NCBI RefSeq assembly: GCF_025526975.1
Contig: NW_026515688.1
Location: 124,001-188,000, forward strand
Direction of reading: 5' to 3'
DNA: 64,000 nucleotides
DNA from: Fimicolochytrium jonesii
Taxonomy: Eukaryota
Shown piece by piece: positions 12,984-31,774 of this stretch. Made by a program: the position numbers and the translations under genes. Below the pieces are notes generated by a model. It saw only the letters and a program-made list of their open reading frames with translations, did no database searches and was not told the DNA's origin. The stretch's first letter is position 1. Every line of letters starts with the position of its first letter.

Positions 12984-14596
12984 ATGGCCGCAACTGCATC
13001 ATTATCAAGCATGACCCCTGGCGCCTCCCATAGCTCGCACGAGTTCATGAACCCAAAGAGTCCCGGTCTCGTGTGGTATGTCCTCCCACGATGGGTCTCT
13101 TCCCGACGCATTATCGTTCATACTCATTCCTCGACCTCCCACCTTCCCAAAGGAAACACCTGTCCATGCAACAAATCTACGATTTCAACTCCATAGGGCC
13201 TGCTGACGAAGCTTTAAGGTACGGAATGTGCCTCTCTTTGTGTGTGGAATGCAAAGAAGTGGTGTTGATGTGATACATTGGATTCAGATATCTGAACACG
13301 ATATTCAAGACGGAGCCGGACATGGATCCGCAGCGGAATTTGATTCTGATGGATTTCTATTATTATACTTTGAGGTAAGAGAGGGCACAAGGCCGTTGTA
13401 ATACCTGGGGCTCACACCATGTCCTCATCGACAGGTTCGCCAAATCGAGCAACCTCTCACCCATGCAAGCTTCCGTCTTTTTCTCCATCATGAAAATCAC
13501 GCATGAGCGGGCCACAGGTAAAGCCTTCTCCGCTCAACCGTCTCTATTCTCCACTCCATCTCACATCCTCCATTTTCCGCCATAGCATCACCGTTCATCC
13601 ACCTCGAATCCGACTACCACTTCTTTCGGGACCTCCTCCTGAAACACTCGATCCACCGCCCGCCTTTCAGCCAGAAAGTATTCTCGCTTCAGGAAGTGAA
13701 AATCATCGAGGAGTATGCTCTCAATTCGTAGGTTCCCTTACCTCCCATCTGCATCCGTGATTTCACGCTCACCTTTGTTTTGTTGAACGCAGATATTTCC
13801 GCCACTACCTCATGTACAAATACGCCTTTACGCAGAAACTGCGGCTGAATTTCACGCTGGATAATGATGCCATTGAGGAGGTTGCCGCGCCGGCTGCTGC
13901 CGCTGTTGGAGGTGCTGCGCGGAGGGACAGCGTTGCTGTTGAAAGCGAGAAGGAGGGGGATGGGGAGGTGAGTTCCTTATTTCTTTCGGGGATGCGGTCA
14001 TCTTCTAAAACATCCCCTATATGGACGCAGACCCCCGACGTACCCCAAACAGACTCATCCGCCGACCTGTCCGCATCATCGGGAACCATCCCCACAACCA
14101 CAGCCGCCACCGTGGACGACACCTCACCAACGGAGCCCGCAACCGCACCTGAAAAGGACAAAAAGCCCGAAGACGCATCCCCCGCACCACAGCCGACGGC
14201 GACGGCCACTGCAGAGGTGGAGCAGGTCGTAAAGGAGACGGAGCAGCCGCAGGGCGAGGATGGTGGCGAGGCTGGTGCTGGTGAAGGTACGGCGTGCATC
14301 ACACTTACAGTTCCTCTGTCCGCGACATACAATCTAACGCCCCCCTATTTCCCACCCAACCCCACCCAGCCCACCGCCCAACTCCCCAAGAAATCGCAAC
14401 CGCAGAACTCTCCAACTTCATCAGCACAACCCTTGCCACGCGCATTGACGATCTGCGCAAATCGCTGCTTGCCAAATTGCAGACGCAGGAGGATCAGATC
14501 AATAACAAATTGAAACGGTTGGAGGATAGGCAGGAGGAGGATGCGGGTGGGGCGGGAAAGAAGGGGCCGAAGGGGGTGGCGGGGAAGAAGAAGTAG
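12984..14596 (+). CDS. CFAP119: Flagellar central-apparatus C1a-32/CLAMP-domain protein (CFAP119/CCDC189-like), multi-exon
   Basis: Exons encode LILMDFYYYTLR/FAKSSNLSPMQASVFFSIMKITHERAT/...FRDLLLKHSIHRPPFSQKVFSLQEVKIIEEYALNS/YFRHYLMYKYAFTQK, then an acidic linker and a C-terminal coiled coil. The 5' exon structure is approximate. Confidence 0.8.
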
Positions 14597-14936
14597 TAGG
14601 ACTGTGTGTGATGGACTTGCGTTCGGGCCATGTCATATTTCGCCGATATATGCTTCATACCACATGTATCACAACATCCGACAAAGATTCTTTGTGCAAG
14701 GCATGTCTATTGTGAAATGAAGCCAAAAAGGGGGAGAGTGAAGCGGAGTAGACGGAGCTGTGATGGGGATGGGCATATGCGGGCGCAGAGGGGTTGCTAT
14801 ATTATCAAATGCCCCCGGGTGGCTACGCTCCGTGGATTGAGGCAAGGAATCCGGCGGTTGTGGAGTAAGTATCAGACTTTCGATGCTGCATAAATAATCC
14901 TGCGAATGCATGATCCCCAGCGGTGCCAAAGCTTCC

Positions 14937-15674
14937 CTACGCCGAACAACACTTCACCGGCGCCGTCCCAGCCCGCTGCGGCGGCTGCCCCTTCCTACTC
15001 CGGATCGACTCGTTGTCGTTGATCTCCTTCTCTTCGTCTAATCGGAGCTCTGAAGCATCACCAATGAAAATTCATCAATATATTGCAGATAACCCGAAAA
15101 ACACAGACCATTGATGATACTCACGAAACGTATCCTCCCGCTTCCTAACGCCCTGTACAACATTCCTCCGGATGATGGTTGCCGCTTGGTTTGCGGTAGT
15201 GACTAGTTTGGTGATTGCGGCGGGGTCGGTTTCCTTTGCTGATTTGAGGAACTGATCCCGGGTGTATTGGCGGGCGCCTGCGAGGGTGAAAAGAGGTGTT
15301 AGATATCATGGGGGCTCGTGGGTGATCGCCCAACTGAGATTTCGCCATACAGCCGCCGCTAGGGCCCGCCTCCAACTATCTCCCGTTGTCCTTTGCCAAC
15401 CCGTTTAGCTCAAGTTTTCTGCCGTTTCATTCCCTCCCGTCCTGCGACTGTGTCACCCCGACAAGAACGCAAACGTGACCACGGTTCTCGTCAACGCCTT
15501 CCAGCCCGACCCGACTCCCGACTCCCCCAACCCCATATTCTACCTTCAGCCCCTGAACTCACTTCTTATCTGAAACATATCCTGCCCAAAAGTCTTCTTC
15601 TGTGCGCGCAGCAGCGCCTTGTATGCCGAAAGCACCTGCGTGCGGAGCGGTGTTGTTGCTGATGCTGTTGACAT
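14937..15674 (-). CDS. MZM1: LYR-motif complex III assembly factor Mzm1/LYRM7
   Basis: Exons 15674-15563, 15277-15125 and 15049-14937 give MSTASATTPLRTQVLSAYKALLRAQKKTFGQD...ARQYTRDQF...AATIIRRNVVQGVRKREDTFQLRLDEEKEINDNESIRSRK...KCCSA. Not in the ORF track. Confidence 0.85.
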
Positions 15675-16095
15675 TCTGTGGGGTTTCGAGGGGAGGGCGA
15701 CTGCAACAGTGTGTGTGTATGTGGGTTGCCTATGGAGGTGCGAGACGAGCGGGTCGAGGCTGAAGTAAATAGGACTGACCGACGCTGACTGCCAGGTGTG
15801 GTGCGAAATGGCGGAATGAGTGTGTCGTCGAAGAGCGAGTTTTCCGAGTTGCGATCAGCGGGAGTCGGAGGCGGGAGTGGGAAAAATCTCCCCAAGTCGT
15901 CCTCAAGTGTTCTGCAGTGGCTCCCACGCGTAAAGGAACACGTCTGAACAGGGAGGATGGGATATGCCCAAGGGGGGACTGAGAAAAGAGGTCAGAGTTA
16001 CCACACCCTGAAATTCTCACATCTGTCCCACCAAATTTATTGAAAAACACAAAACAGAATATTATGAAGTATCTCTCAACACACAACCCACTTCT

Positions 16096-22186
<6,091 letters not shown>

Positions 22187-22852
22187 GACTGTATCTGGTG
22201 TTGTTGGCCAACCGGTGTTGATGCAACTGCTGTGGGAAAAAGTACCGATTTAGATGCGCTCTTTGTGAGGGTTGCGGCGTCCCTCCTTTGACGCGTTTGT
22301 AAGTCCCAGCGATTCACAGTACTCAACTGGAGTCAGAAGTGACTGGGTGCGGGAGGTGCAGCCCTATGCTTTGGTGCGACGATGATGCGACCGATCTGGA
22401 AGAGAGGACAGGTAGTGTTCGGTGTGTCGCAGCTCTTATGGTTCGCGAAGGACCCGACGGTGCTGATGGCGGACAACTGTAAAGTTGCGGTGCGTGGCCG
22501 TTTCAATGGAGAAATGAGTTGCGCCTCATCGTTTGTCTCGCTCGCCGGCGCCCCGCACTGGAGAACACGCTTTGCGCCTGTGACTCATCATTCTCAAGTT
22601 CGCCCAACTTGGCTATAGACGCTGGATCTGGAGACCCTAGCTTCACCATGCATCAGAACGCTGCTCGATTGCTGAAAAATTATAGTACCATATCCATACA
22701 GGGTGATACTCATAGGAGGCATCGATGTTCTTCTGCTTGACGTCCTCGAATTGCATGTCCCACTACGTTTCACGAGGGTGTTTATATGTACAAATGGCTC
22801 ATCAAAGAGCTATTCTACTTCTCGACCCTCCGCCGCTGCCCTCCATTCCGTT

Positions 22853-23239
22853 CTAGTACAAGCCGTACGCCCAAAGAGAAGCCAAAGCGGCCAGCGCTGG
22901 CGCCCCCTGTACCAGCCAAATCTTTCTTGCAGCGGTAGCGCCTCCATACAGCGCCGCGACGCCGACGCAGCTGAGGAAAAAGTACGCCAACTCGGTAGCA
23001 AACTTGATGTCGGTATGCGTGAGCGACCACACGAGGCCAGCGACGAGAAATCCGTTATAGCAGCCCTGGTTTTTAGCGAGGGTTCGAGTGAGGCGATGGG
23101 CGGCGATAGCTGCGTCCGCTTTGGGGATACCGAAAGCCCTGTTTGCGCTTGGTGTGCCGAACGTGAACATCTCTGCGTACATGAAGCACGCGTGCTCGAC
23201 GGCAACGAGGCCGATGAGCGCTTGAGTGAGAAGTGGCAT
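22853..23239 (-). CDS. DUF1304-family small membrane protein
   Basis: Intronless 128-aa ORF with VAVEHACFMYAEMF, LAKNQGCYNGFLVAGL and VAALYGGATAARKIWLVQGAPA. Confidence 0.85.
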   Translation of the reverse strand: MPLLTQALIGLVAVEHACFMYAEMFTFGTPSANRAFGIPKADAAIAAHRLTRTLAKNQGCYNGFLVAGLVWSLTHTDIKFATELAYFFLSCVGVAALYGGATAARKIWLVQGAPALAALASLWAYGLY

Positions 23240-23558
23240 TGATGCAATACGATGGTTTCAGGAGTCGGCGTATGTAAGATATGACACTGGCTATGCCAAG
23301 AACACTTTTTCGCTTGGGAGGAGAAGGTTCCAAGTCTTCCCAATGTACAGTACAGTATATATCTATGCGAGCAGTTCGTCTTGTCCACAGTTCAGGCGAC
23401 CAACCGCTCAGACGAAGCACGCGGCATTTGTCCTCCGTTACTGTGGTCATAAGTGTGTTATGAGTCATGCTTACGTAAAGTCGGAAATCGCTCACAGAGG
23501 GCCGCCAAACTCTTTGCCAACGCTCACCACAATCGCCAGAAGGGCAGAGAACACAGCA

Positions 23559-25685
23559 ATGATCCCTCGTATACCTCGTCACAACTGGGATAGGCGGCTC
23601 CTGCGGGCTCTATTGGAGTCAGAGAGCATCTTCGCCGCCTGCCAACCCCGCACCTTCTTCAGCTCGCTCTCCGCGACAGGCGCTCGACGGTCTGCCCAAA
23701 CTCGCATAAAATCGTTACCAAGCGGGACACGATGCTCTGGGGGGTCACACCGGCACCTCAGCACTTATGCACCTTCAGCGCAACAACCGCCACAGCAGTC
23801 GAGGAAGCGAACGCATATGTGCGGACACGTTGATGTCTCCCACGTTGGGCAGCGGGTGGTTCTGTGTGGATGGGCATTATCCGCGCGAAAGGCAGGGAAA
23901 GATCTGGTCTTCGTACCGCTTCGAGACGCGACGGGCATCTCCCAGCTAGTCTACGAAGACCCGCACAGTTCTTCGTCCCACTCCGCTGAAGCGCGAGAGA
24001 GTATCAGGGACGCGCTTCTGTCCATCACTCCAGAGTCTGTCGTGCGCGTGTCCGGCATCGTAAGAAAACGGCCCACGGAGGCCGTGAAGAAGGACCAGTG
24101 CGGAGGCGAGGTGGAAATTGTTCTCGAAGGTTTTGAAGTCCTGAACGCTGCAGACCCATTACCATTCTCGACGGCGGCGCGAGCCAAGCTGCCGTCTGAG
24201 GAAGTGCGACTCAAATACCGCTACGTGGATCTCAGGCGGTCACAACTGCAGGACAATCTCCGCAAACGGGCGCTCGCTGCACATACGGCCCGCAACTACC
24301 TTCAAGTCCAGCGCTTCGTAGAGGTTGAAACACCCCTTCTTTTCAAATCCACGCCAGAAGGGGCACGCGAGTTCCTGGTCCCCACGCGACACCCAGGGCA
24401 ATTCTACGCCTTGCCGCAATCGCCACAGCAGTACAAGCAGGTTCTGATGTCTGCCGGGCTGGACCGCTACTACCAGATTGCAAAGTGTTTCAGAGACGAA
24501 AGCCTCGGTGCAGACCGACAACCTGAGTTCACGCAGATCGATGTTGAGCTTAGCTTTGCGGAGATGGAGGACGTGATGGAGGTCATGGAAGGCTTGGTCA
24601 AGCAGATCTTCAACGCGGTGATCGGGTGGAAGACTGATGGGCCGTTTCCGAGGATAACGTACGAGCAAGCGATGCGTTCATACGGGTCAGACAAGCCGGA
24701 TGTACGATACGGCATGAAGATCTGTAACGTCTCCGAGGCGGTTGGCCACGTGTCGGATGACGGGACTGTGGTGGAGGCGTTTTGCGTGAAAGGCGGCGCA
24801 AATAAAATCAGCAATAAGGCATTTGAGAAGATCAAGGAGGTCATTTTGACCGAGGCCTTCCCGTTGTTGGGAGGGAAAGTGGATCCCAAAGACCTGTATC
24901 CTATTCGCGTTTCTGGCGAGGCTGGTTGGACTGGCAAACTAGGCTTTGGCCTGGAAGTTTCGCCGGCGGGAAAGCAGCAAATAGAAGCAGAAATGGGACG
25001 TGTGGAAGAAGGCGATCTGGTGGTTGTTAACCGCAGATTAAACGGATACCTCGGGCCGCATACCATCGCAGGCCGCATGAGACTCCATATCATCAAGCAC
25101 TTGCTGAGCACCGGCGCCCTCTCACCCGACAACGAGTACAACTTCCTGTGGGTGCATTCCTTCCCGCTCTTTACCCCTACTACGCATCCTGCACGTATCC
25201 CCGCCGGCACCGAAGCCACGTACGAAGCTACACATCACCCTTTCACCGCGCCGTTACTGCCGTCACCGCCATCCACCACCTCGCCGTCACCCACAACACA
25301 GCACGACTCGCTCTTCACCTCCCCCGGCGACGCCCTAGGTCAGCACTATGACCTAGTAGTTAACGGCCAAGAAATCGGCGGCGGGTCCGTGCGGGTCCAC
25401 GACCCGCACCTCCAGCGTCGTATCTTTTCTGAGATCCTTCACATGACCCCTGAGCGCGTCGCAGCCGATTTCAACCACCTCCTCGACGCTCTCCGCTTTG
25501 GCTGCCCACCGCACGCGGGGATGGCGATTGGGTTTGATCGCATGGTTGCGATCTTGTGTGGGGCAAGTTCCATCAGAGATGTTATTGCGTTTCCAAAGTT
25601 GAGTGGAGGGGATTTGTTTGTTGGGAGCCCTGCGGGGGTTTCGGGACAGGCATTAAAGGAGTATCATTTGAAGGTTGTAGAATAG
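23559..25685 (+). CDS. MSD1: Mitochondrial (bacterial-type) aspartyl-tRNA synthetase
   Basis: RTHMCG, RLKYRYVDLRR, KSTPEGAREFLVP, YALPQSPQQYKQVLM, DRQPEFTQIDVE, YDLVVNGQEIGGGSVRVH and GCPPHAGMAIGFDR, preceded by an Arg/Ser-rich presequence. Start ATG chosen at 23559. Confidence 0.95.
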   Translation: MIPRIPRHNWDRRLLRALLESESIFAACQPRTFFSSLSATGARRSAQTRIKSLPSGTRCSGGSHRHLSTYAPSAQQPPQQSRKRTHMCGHVDVSHVGQRVVLCGWALSARKAGKDLVFVPLRDATGISQLVYEDPHSSSSHSAEARESIRDALLSITPESVVRVSGIVRKRPTEAVKKDQCGGEVEIVLEGFEVLNAADPLPFSTAARAKLPSEEVRLKYRYVDLRRSQLQDNLRKRALAAHTARNYLQVQRFVEVETPLLFKSTPEGAREFLVPTRHPGQFYALPQSPQQYKQVLMSAGLDRYYQIAKCFRDESLGADRQPEFTQIDVELSFAEMEDVMEVMEGLVKQIFNAVIGWKTDGPFPRITYEQAMRSYGSDKPDVRYGMKICNVSEAVGHVSDDGTVVEAFCVKGGANKISNKAFEKIKEVILTEAFPLLGGKVDPKDLYPIRVSGEAGWTGKLGFGLEVSPAGKQQIEAEMGRVEEGDLVVVNRRLNGYLGPHTIAGRMRLHIIKHLLSTGALSPDNEYNFLWVHSFPLFTPTTHPARIPAGTEATYEATHHPFTAPLLPSPPSTTSPSPTTQHDSLFTSPGDALGQHYDLVVNGQEIGGGSVRVHDPHLQRRIFSEILHMTPERVAADFNHLLDALRFGCPPHAGMAIGFDRMVAILCGASSIRDVIAFPKLSGGDLFVGSPAGVSGQALKEYHLKVVE

Positions 25686-26021
25686 ATCCGGGTGGGGTTG
25701 CTCCTGTAAGGTCCCCTTGCGCTCTCGTAGATACTCTAGAATAGGTATTAGATATTCTTCTGAGCTAAAAGACTACTAGCGGCGTCTGACCCTGATTCAT
25801 GTGTCTTTTTGAACACCTACCGCCTAATGCTCATCATATTCGGCATGTCCAAACTCTCCGTGATCCAGAGTCAAACGCTGTGCTCGTCGCGAGGTGCTCG
25901 TTGGGTCGTCAAGCATGTAACCCAACCCAAAGGTTCAACGCGTGCACTTTCGTGTGCACTTTTTCGTGTGCACTTGACCTCCAGCAATAACTTAGACCAG
26001 AACCTAGACCGACACTCCCGA

Positions 26022-27815
26022 ATGACCTCCTCAACAAGTTCCCCTAAGCCCATCACCAGCCTGCGCGGCCACTCGGCTCCAGTGCTATGCCTCGCCACAC
26101 TGCCTGCCGACCCAACTACCCTCGCGTCAGGCGCAGAGGATGGCACCGCGCGGATATGGTAGGTGCCTTTTCAGTACACTGTGTTTGGGTTTCGTTGCGC
26201 TGTATTTCACGAAGTGTGGATGACTGTATGACTAACAGTGTTTTCTTCTTTTTTCGGTTTGTGCTCCAACAGGGACGTGGCGAGGGGTCGGTGCCGGAGG
26301 GGTATACGTGTCGGGGGGGCGGGCGAGGAGGTCAACAGCGTGTGCTGGGGTCTGGACCCGAACGAGGTGTATGTGGCTGCCGGTGCGAAGGTGAGAACGC
26401 CGCGGTGGTTGGGAGCGGAGCGAGTGAGAAATGGCGTCGTATCTCTGGAAGGCGACGCAGCGACAGGGGAGAGCTTTGTCGGCAGCCTGCTAACCGTGTG
26501 AAACAACCGCCGTTCGATAGGTCCATGCGGTGGATCTCCGGTCTCCTGGGGTTGTGATCACGGCATCAACGCCGGTCGGGCCGGCGGCGGACGACGATAT
26601 CAATCAGGTACGAGTCAGAAGCGGCATCGCCGGCGGAAGGCAGCTTACGGTCTCTCATTGGCCCGCGGAACAACCGCAATCTCTAGATATGCTTGCATGA
26701 GAAAGGCACTTTTCTAGCGGTTGCGGATGATAGCGGGCAGGTCCGTGTTCTTGATATGCGCACTCGGCGGCCTTTCAAGCGGTTTCGGAGAGGACATGAC
26801 AGCGTGAGTTTGAACACAAAACATCGCAAGCTCGTCACGTTTCTACTCAAGAAGAGAATGCCTCTGGTTTTGAGACGAAATCTGACATGCTATGTCCCTG
26901 GCTCTAGCTGGCGATGTGTGTCCGGTTCCAGCCGCAGACGTCATGGACATTGTGGAGCGGCGGGATGGATAACACAGTCATTGCGTGGGACTACTCAAAA
27001 GGAGCACCAGTTGCGGAGTTTGATATGGGTGGGTGACGCGGAACATCAGTAGCATGGGGCAGCGGGGTGACTCGTCGGAAGTTAGATGAGCACGGGCCTC
27101 CCCTTGGCATGGTCTAATCTAGACCCCTACCCAACATAGCATCGCCACCCGAAACCTCAACCTCGCCATCCCCATCACCAACCCCCGAACCAACAGCCCC
27201 GCAAACAATCAACCCGCCATTCGTACAATGCATGGATTTCTCTCCGAACGGCAACATACTCGCCGCCGGGCTAGGCGACGGCGCCCTCGCTCTGATCGAG
27301 CCGCCCTTATCAACGACGACGGCGAAGGGGAAAGGGAAGGCATCTGGAGCGCCGTGGATGTATAGGAGTAGATTGGAGGGTGGCCATACGTGGTCCGTCG
27401 CTGCGATGTAAGTTCGTCCGAACGTCTTCGTCCAGGACACTTTTGCGAAGGCCTTGTTTCAATACGCGGCTGACGGGATAACCACCATATCAGGACGTTC
27501 GTACCCAACTCGCATATCTACAATAACAGCACCCTCCTCACCGGCGGAATCGACGGCGTGGTCGCCATCTGGCGGTCCGTGGACATCTCATCTGCCTCTC
27601 CAACAATAGACACGAAGAACACTCCACCATCATCCTTGCGCCTCGACACCCGCTACCGCGTGCACCGTAAAGTCAACTGCATCGTTGCCACAGTGCACGC
27701 GTTTGTAGGTGGGGCGCCGACGGCTGATGCGGGATCTGGGGTGGGTGTGGGTGATATTGATGTTTTTGAGATCCCTGGGGAAGTTTGTGAGGATGTAAAT
27801 TCGGGAAGGGGTTGA
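26022..27815 (+). CDS. WDR53: WD40-repeat protein, WDR53-like (multi-exon)
   Basis: LRGHSAPVLCL...LASGAEDGTARIW/D; DDINQ/ICLHEKGTFLAVADDSGQVRVLD; LWSGGMDNTVIAWDYSKG; INPPFVQCMDFS...AAGLGDG. Confidence 0.8.
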
Positions 27816-28082
27816 TATCATTTATGAGCTCTCAAAGGAATATGTAGTGTCTTCGGACAGCAAGATTGTAGGATAGATTTGACGCATAGATGGCTACATT
27901 CTCTAAGAAATTTGTGGAAAGATCGGAGCAAGTCACCCGTCATCTTACGGATTTTTCCGTAGAAATTCCAGACACCACACAAAATCATCGAACGGCGGCT
28001 CGCGAGTACGTAGCTCTCTCACATCCAAAAAGAACCTAAAAAGGAGGCTCTGGCAAAAACAAAAAGGTAAATCCAGAGAATT

Positions 28083-28155
28083 TGCTTCCGCTCGGGATTG
28101 AACCGAGGACCTCTTCGGTGTAAACGAAGCGTGATGACGACTACACTACGGAAGC
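28083..28155 (-). tRNA. tRNA-Val(UAC)
   Basis: GCTTCCG/CGGAAGC acceptor stem, CTTCG-TT-TAC-AC-CGAAG anticodon arm, GGTTCAATCC T-loop (B box), and T runs downstream consistent with a Pol III terminator. Confidence 0.95.
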
Positions 28156-28351
28156 TGGTTGGAGACATACGAAAAGCGTTGTGTTTATACAGGTGCCACG
28201 TGTGGTTGCAGCAAACTCGTGGCGCTGTCGTGGCGCAGGGGGGTATCAGGTCGCTCACAAGAGAGCGTTTTCGCACCGTCGACACAAGCTGTGCAATCCG
28301 ACTCAACCCCTCTGTGATAAAGGCAGAGTCCCCTCCAACAACACAGCAGCA

Positions 28352-29681
28352 ATGGCCCCACCAAAAGCGAATCTCGCAGCTGCCGTGCGTGCGGAAGCTC
28401 CGGCTGTCAACCTCGAAGGACTTGATCCGGCGTTGCTCGAGTCGAAGCCGCTGTTCGAGGTCCAGCTCGACGCTCTTGTCGTCGTGAAGATCCTTAAACA
28501 CTGCCGTGAATACGCTCCCTCCTCAACCGCCACCGGCCAACTCCTCGGAATCGACATATCCGGACGTCTTGAGGTCACCAACTGCTTCCCCTTCACATCA
28601 AAGTCCCATGATGATGACGGTCAGGACGACATGGACGGAGCGGAATACCAGCTGCAGATGCTTCGCTGCCTGAAGAAGTTGAACTACGACGCTAACACCG
28701 TTGGGTGGTACCAGTCCACGCAGCTGGGCTCGTTCTGGAACCAATCCTTGATCGAGACCCAGTACAACTATCAGAAGACGATGCCCCAGAGCGTCGTGAT
28801 TGTTTACGACTCTACCCGTACCACACAGGTAAGCGTTCATTTCTTTCACATCTCGGACTGGCATTCTTCCTGCCATGTTGCCACGGCGGCGAGATTACTT
28901 GGTCAAATATCGGATGTCCTCAAGTGGTCATGTTTCGTTCGCAAATATCTGACCAAATCGCTTCAAATTTCAGGGTAACCTTTCTCTGCGTGCCCTTCGT
29001 CTGAGCAATGGCTTCATGGATCTGTACCAGAACCGCAAATTCACCATGGAGTCTCTGCACAAACACAAGCTCACTCCTACGACAATCTTCGAGACCCTCC
29101 CCATTAAGATTCACAACTCCCATCTCCTCAACGCCCTCCTCCACGAATTGGACGTCCAGGTCTCCTTCCCGTCTTCTCTCGAATCCAGCCTCAGCCTTCC
29201 CTTGTCCACCCTCGCCGCACCTCCCTCAACGGCTGATGTGTCCCCGTTCTGGCCAAACCTCGACAAACTAGACTTGAGTTCCGAAGCGTACCTGGAGAAG
29301 CACCTCGAATACCTGAGCGAGGCCGTAGACGAACACGGTCAGGAGCAGTGGAGGTGGCAGGGATGGCAGCGCAACCTGCAAAAAGAACAGCAGAAGGTGC
29401 AGCAGACCATCGCGAAGCGGAGAATGGAGAACCAGACACGTTCGGCGCAGGGTTTACCCGCTGTCTGGACCGACGACGACCTTTCCCTGAACAGCAGCCC
29501 GTCTTTAGTCAAGCTCATGGCCAACGAGCCTTCCAAGCTCGAATCCATTATTATCACCAACCAAATCGACACGTACTGCAAGCAGATTACACAATTTGCT
29601 GGCCCAGGGTTGACTAAGATGTTCCTGACAAAGGGCGTTCGTGCCGAGTCCACTGCTACGAATACTGCTGCCGCCATCTAA
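28352..29681 (+). CDS. EIF3H: Translation initiation factor eIF3 subunit H
   Basis: VQLDALVVVKILKHC, GQLLG, LEVTNCFPF, YQLQMLRCL, VGWYQST; intron 28829-28973; GNLSLRALRL, IFETLPIKIHNSHL, QIDTYCKQI. Confidence 0.93.
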
Positions 29682-30514
29682 AGAAGCAGCGTGCGACTCG
29701 TCGGCTCTCATCCCCCGCTGCCGCTTCCGCTTCAGGCTAGAGCGTAAACGCATCCCTTGATTTCCTTTCCCCGCACTGGAAGTGTGCCCCCCTCTCCCAT
29801 AGCCGTAGTAGTCATGCATACCAAGTCCCCGCTAGATTGCTGGCAGCGCGGGAAACTCCACCGCATGCTGATATCATTATGCCCATCTGTATGTATTTAG
29901 GTCGTATGTTTCGGTCGTAGAGGACGAGTTCCGGCTGTATTTCTACTCCATATACATCATGTCTTTCTACCATTACCTGCGGTTGACATCGTCGCGTAAA
30001 CTGTGTGAACGGGGTGTCGCTTTTGGGGTTTCTGACCGAAACATCCAACAGTTCTGAGAGGTTCCTGGACTTTCCCGCGTCCACCACGACATCGACAATT
30101 CAATTATATGGTTAATCCATATCTGAAGCTCTACATACGATACAGGATATACTGTATCCCATGCCGCAACCATAGTAACACCAACCATCGTGTGCCGCGG
30201 TAAAGAGCGATAAGGAAATTCCGGAATCAGAACTTTTGGGCGCCACAGCAGAGCGACGCGGTTAGTCGTGTAACAAGCGGTACGCGTAGGCACAATCGAT
30301 CTTTCGATAATCCGAATCTAGTGACGTCCCACCCATCTTTCCGGCATGCAAGGTGCGACGACCGTCTCCGCCAGGATGTGGACAAGCAGCGTAACAGGGC
30401 CTCGACAGCATAAAAGGGCGCTAGGGGTGTCGCCATCGCCTGCCACCCCAACACGCTTTGCCTTCCTCCTCTTACAAGTCCCGTCCACCGCTGCACAACC
30501 ATATCAACCCGAAT

Positions 30515-31465
30515 ATGACCGAAATCAACAAAGGTGAGGGAGGTTTCTAATATAATGTATTCCGGTCCTCTACTTATCATCACGGTCCTTTCCTCAACAA
30601 TCAGCCTGCTGCTCCCTCCCCCCGGTAAAATCGGCCTACAAGCCCGTCGGCACCACCACAACCATCGCAGGGCTCGAATGCTACGTCACCGGTCCCCAGA
30701 CTGCCGACAAGGCCCTCATTGCCGTGTATGACATCTTCGGCATGAACTTCTCACAAGTCAAGCAGGGTGCGGATCTGCTCGGCACTCAGGGTTACAAGGT
30801 CGTCATCCCAGACTTCTTCCGTGGTCAGCCCTTCCCGGACGATACGTTCCCGGCATTTGACTCTCCAATGAAATCTTTGGCCACGATGACCGCTGAGACG
30901 TGAGTAGATGTTCAAATAGTGATGGACCAGTCCGTACACACATTGACATCTGACGCAAATGGTCTTCCTGCTACTCGTTCTCTGAAATTGCAGGAAGAGC
31001 GCATTAATGGCTTTCATGGGGAGCAGTGCCAACTTTGCGACCCGCCAGCCAGACCTCCTCGCCGTGGTGGAGCACCTCCGCAACACTGAGAGCATCGCCA
31101 ACATTGGCGCCTATGGTCTCTGCTGGGGCGGTAAGCTCGTCATCCTGACCGCATCGCAAAACCCAACGGCCTTCAGCGCCATCGCCCAGGTCCACCCTGC
31201 GCGTATGGAACCCGAAGACGCCGAAGGTCTAACCATTCCCCTTGCCTCATACATCTCCGATGACGAGTCCGTGGACGCTCAGAAGCAATTGGAGGAGATT
31301 ATGAGCAGAAAGAAGTTTGACAACAAACTGAACGACTTCAAGCACTTTGTTGGCATGCATCACGGGTTTGCAGGATCCCGAGCAGACCTCTCGAACGAGG
31401 TCGGTGCTGAGAACTTCCAGGACGTGTATAACCGTTTGGCCTCCTTCTTTGCTCGGGCCTTGTAG
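30515..31465 (+). CDS. Dienelactone hydrolase family protein (3 exons)
   Basis: MTEINK/ACCSLPPV...YVTGP...YDIFG...VIPDFFRG / GAYGLCWGGK (catalytic Cys) ... MHHGFAGSR. Confidence 0.9.
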
Positions 31466-31774
31466 ATATCGACTTAGGAGCGTTTTAGACGAGGACAGTT
31501 CGCTTATAGAACCTGCGCATATACCACTTGAGCTGCTTGTTGCATACAACTGACACGCACCCGTTGTCATCATAACACATGTATATAATGCCGTGCAATA
31601 CCCTTTCACTTTCCCGAAAGCCGCTAAACATTGGCCTCAATTCGCATCTTACGAGTCTTGTTTTCACCGTCAGTCTCTGAGTGGTTGGATGGTTTCTGCG
31701 AGGCGTAAGCTTCGCGATTGACACAGCCGTAAGAGCCTTCTCAGGCATGTGAGGTGACAGAGGTCATAAAGGGG

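Noticed and set aside
23226..23558. N-terminal extension of the AspRS ORF
   Set aside because: Starts at a non-ATG codon, overlaps the DUF1304 start and the shared promoter, and shows no AspRS similarity.
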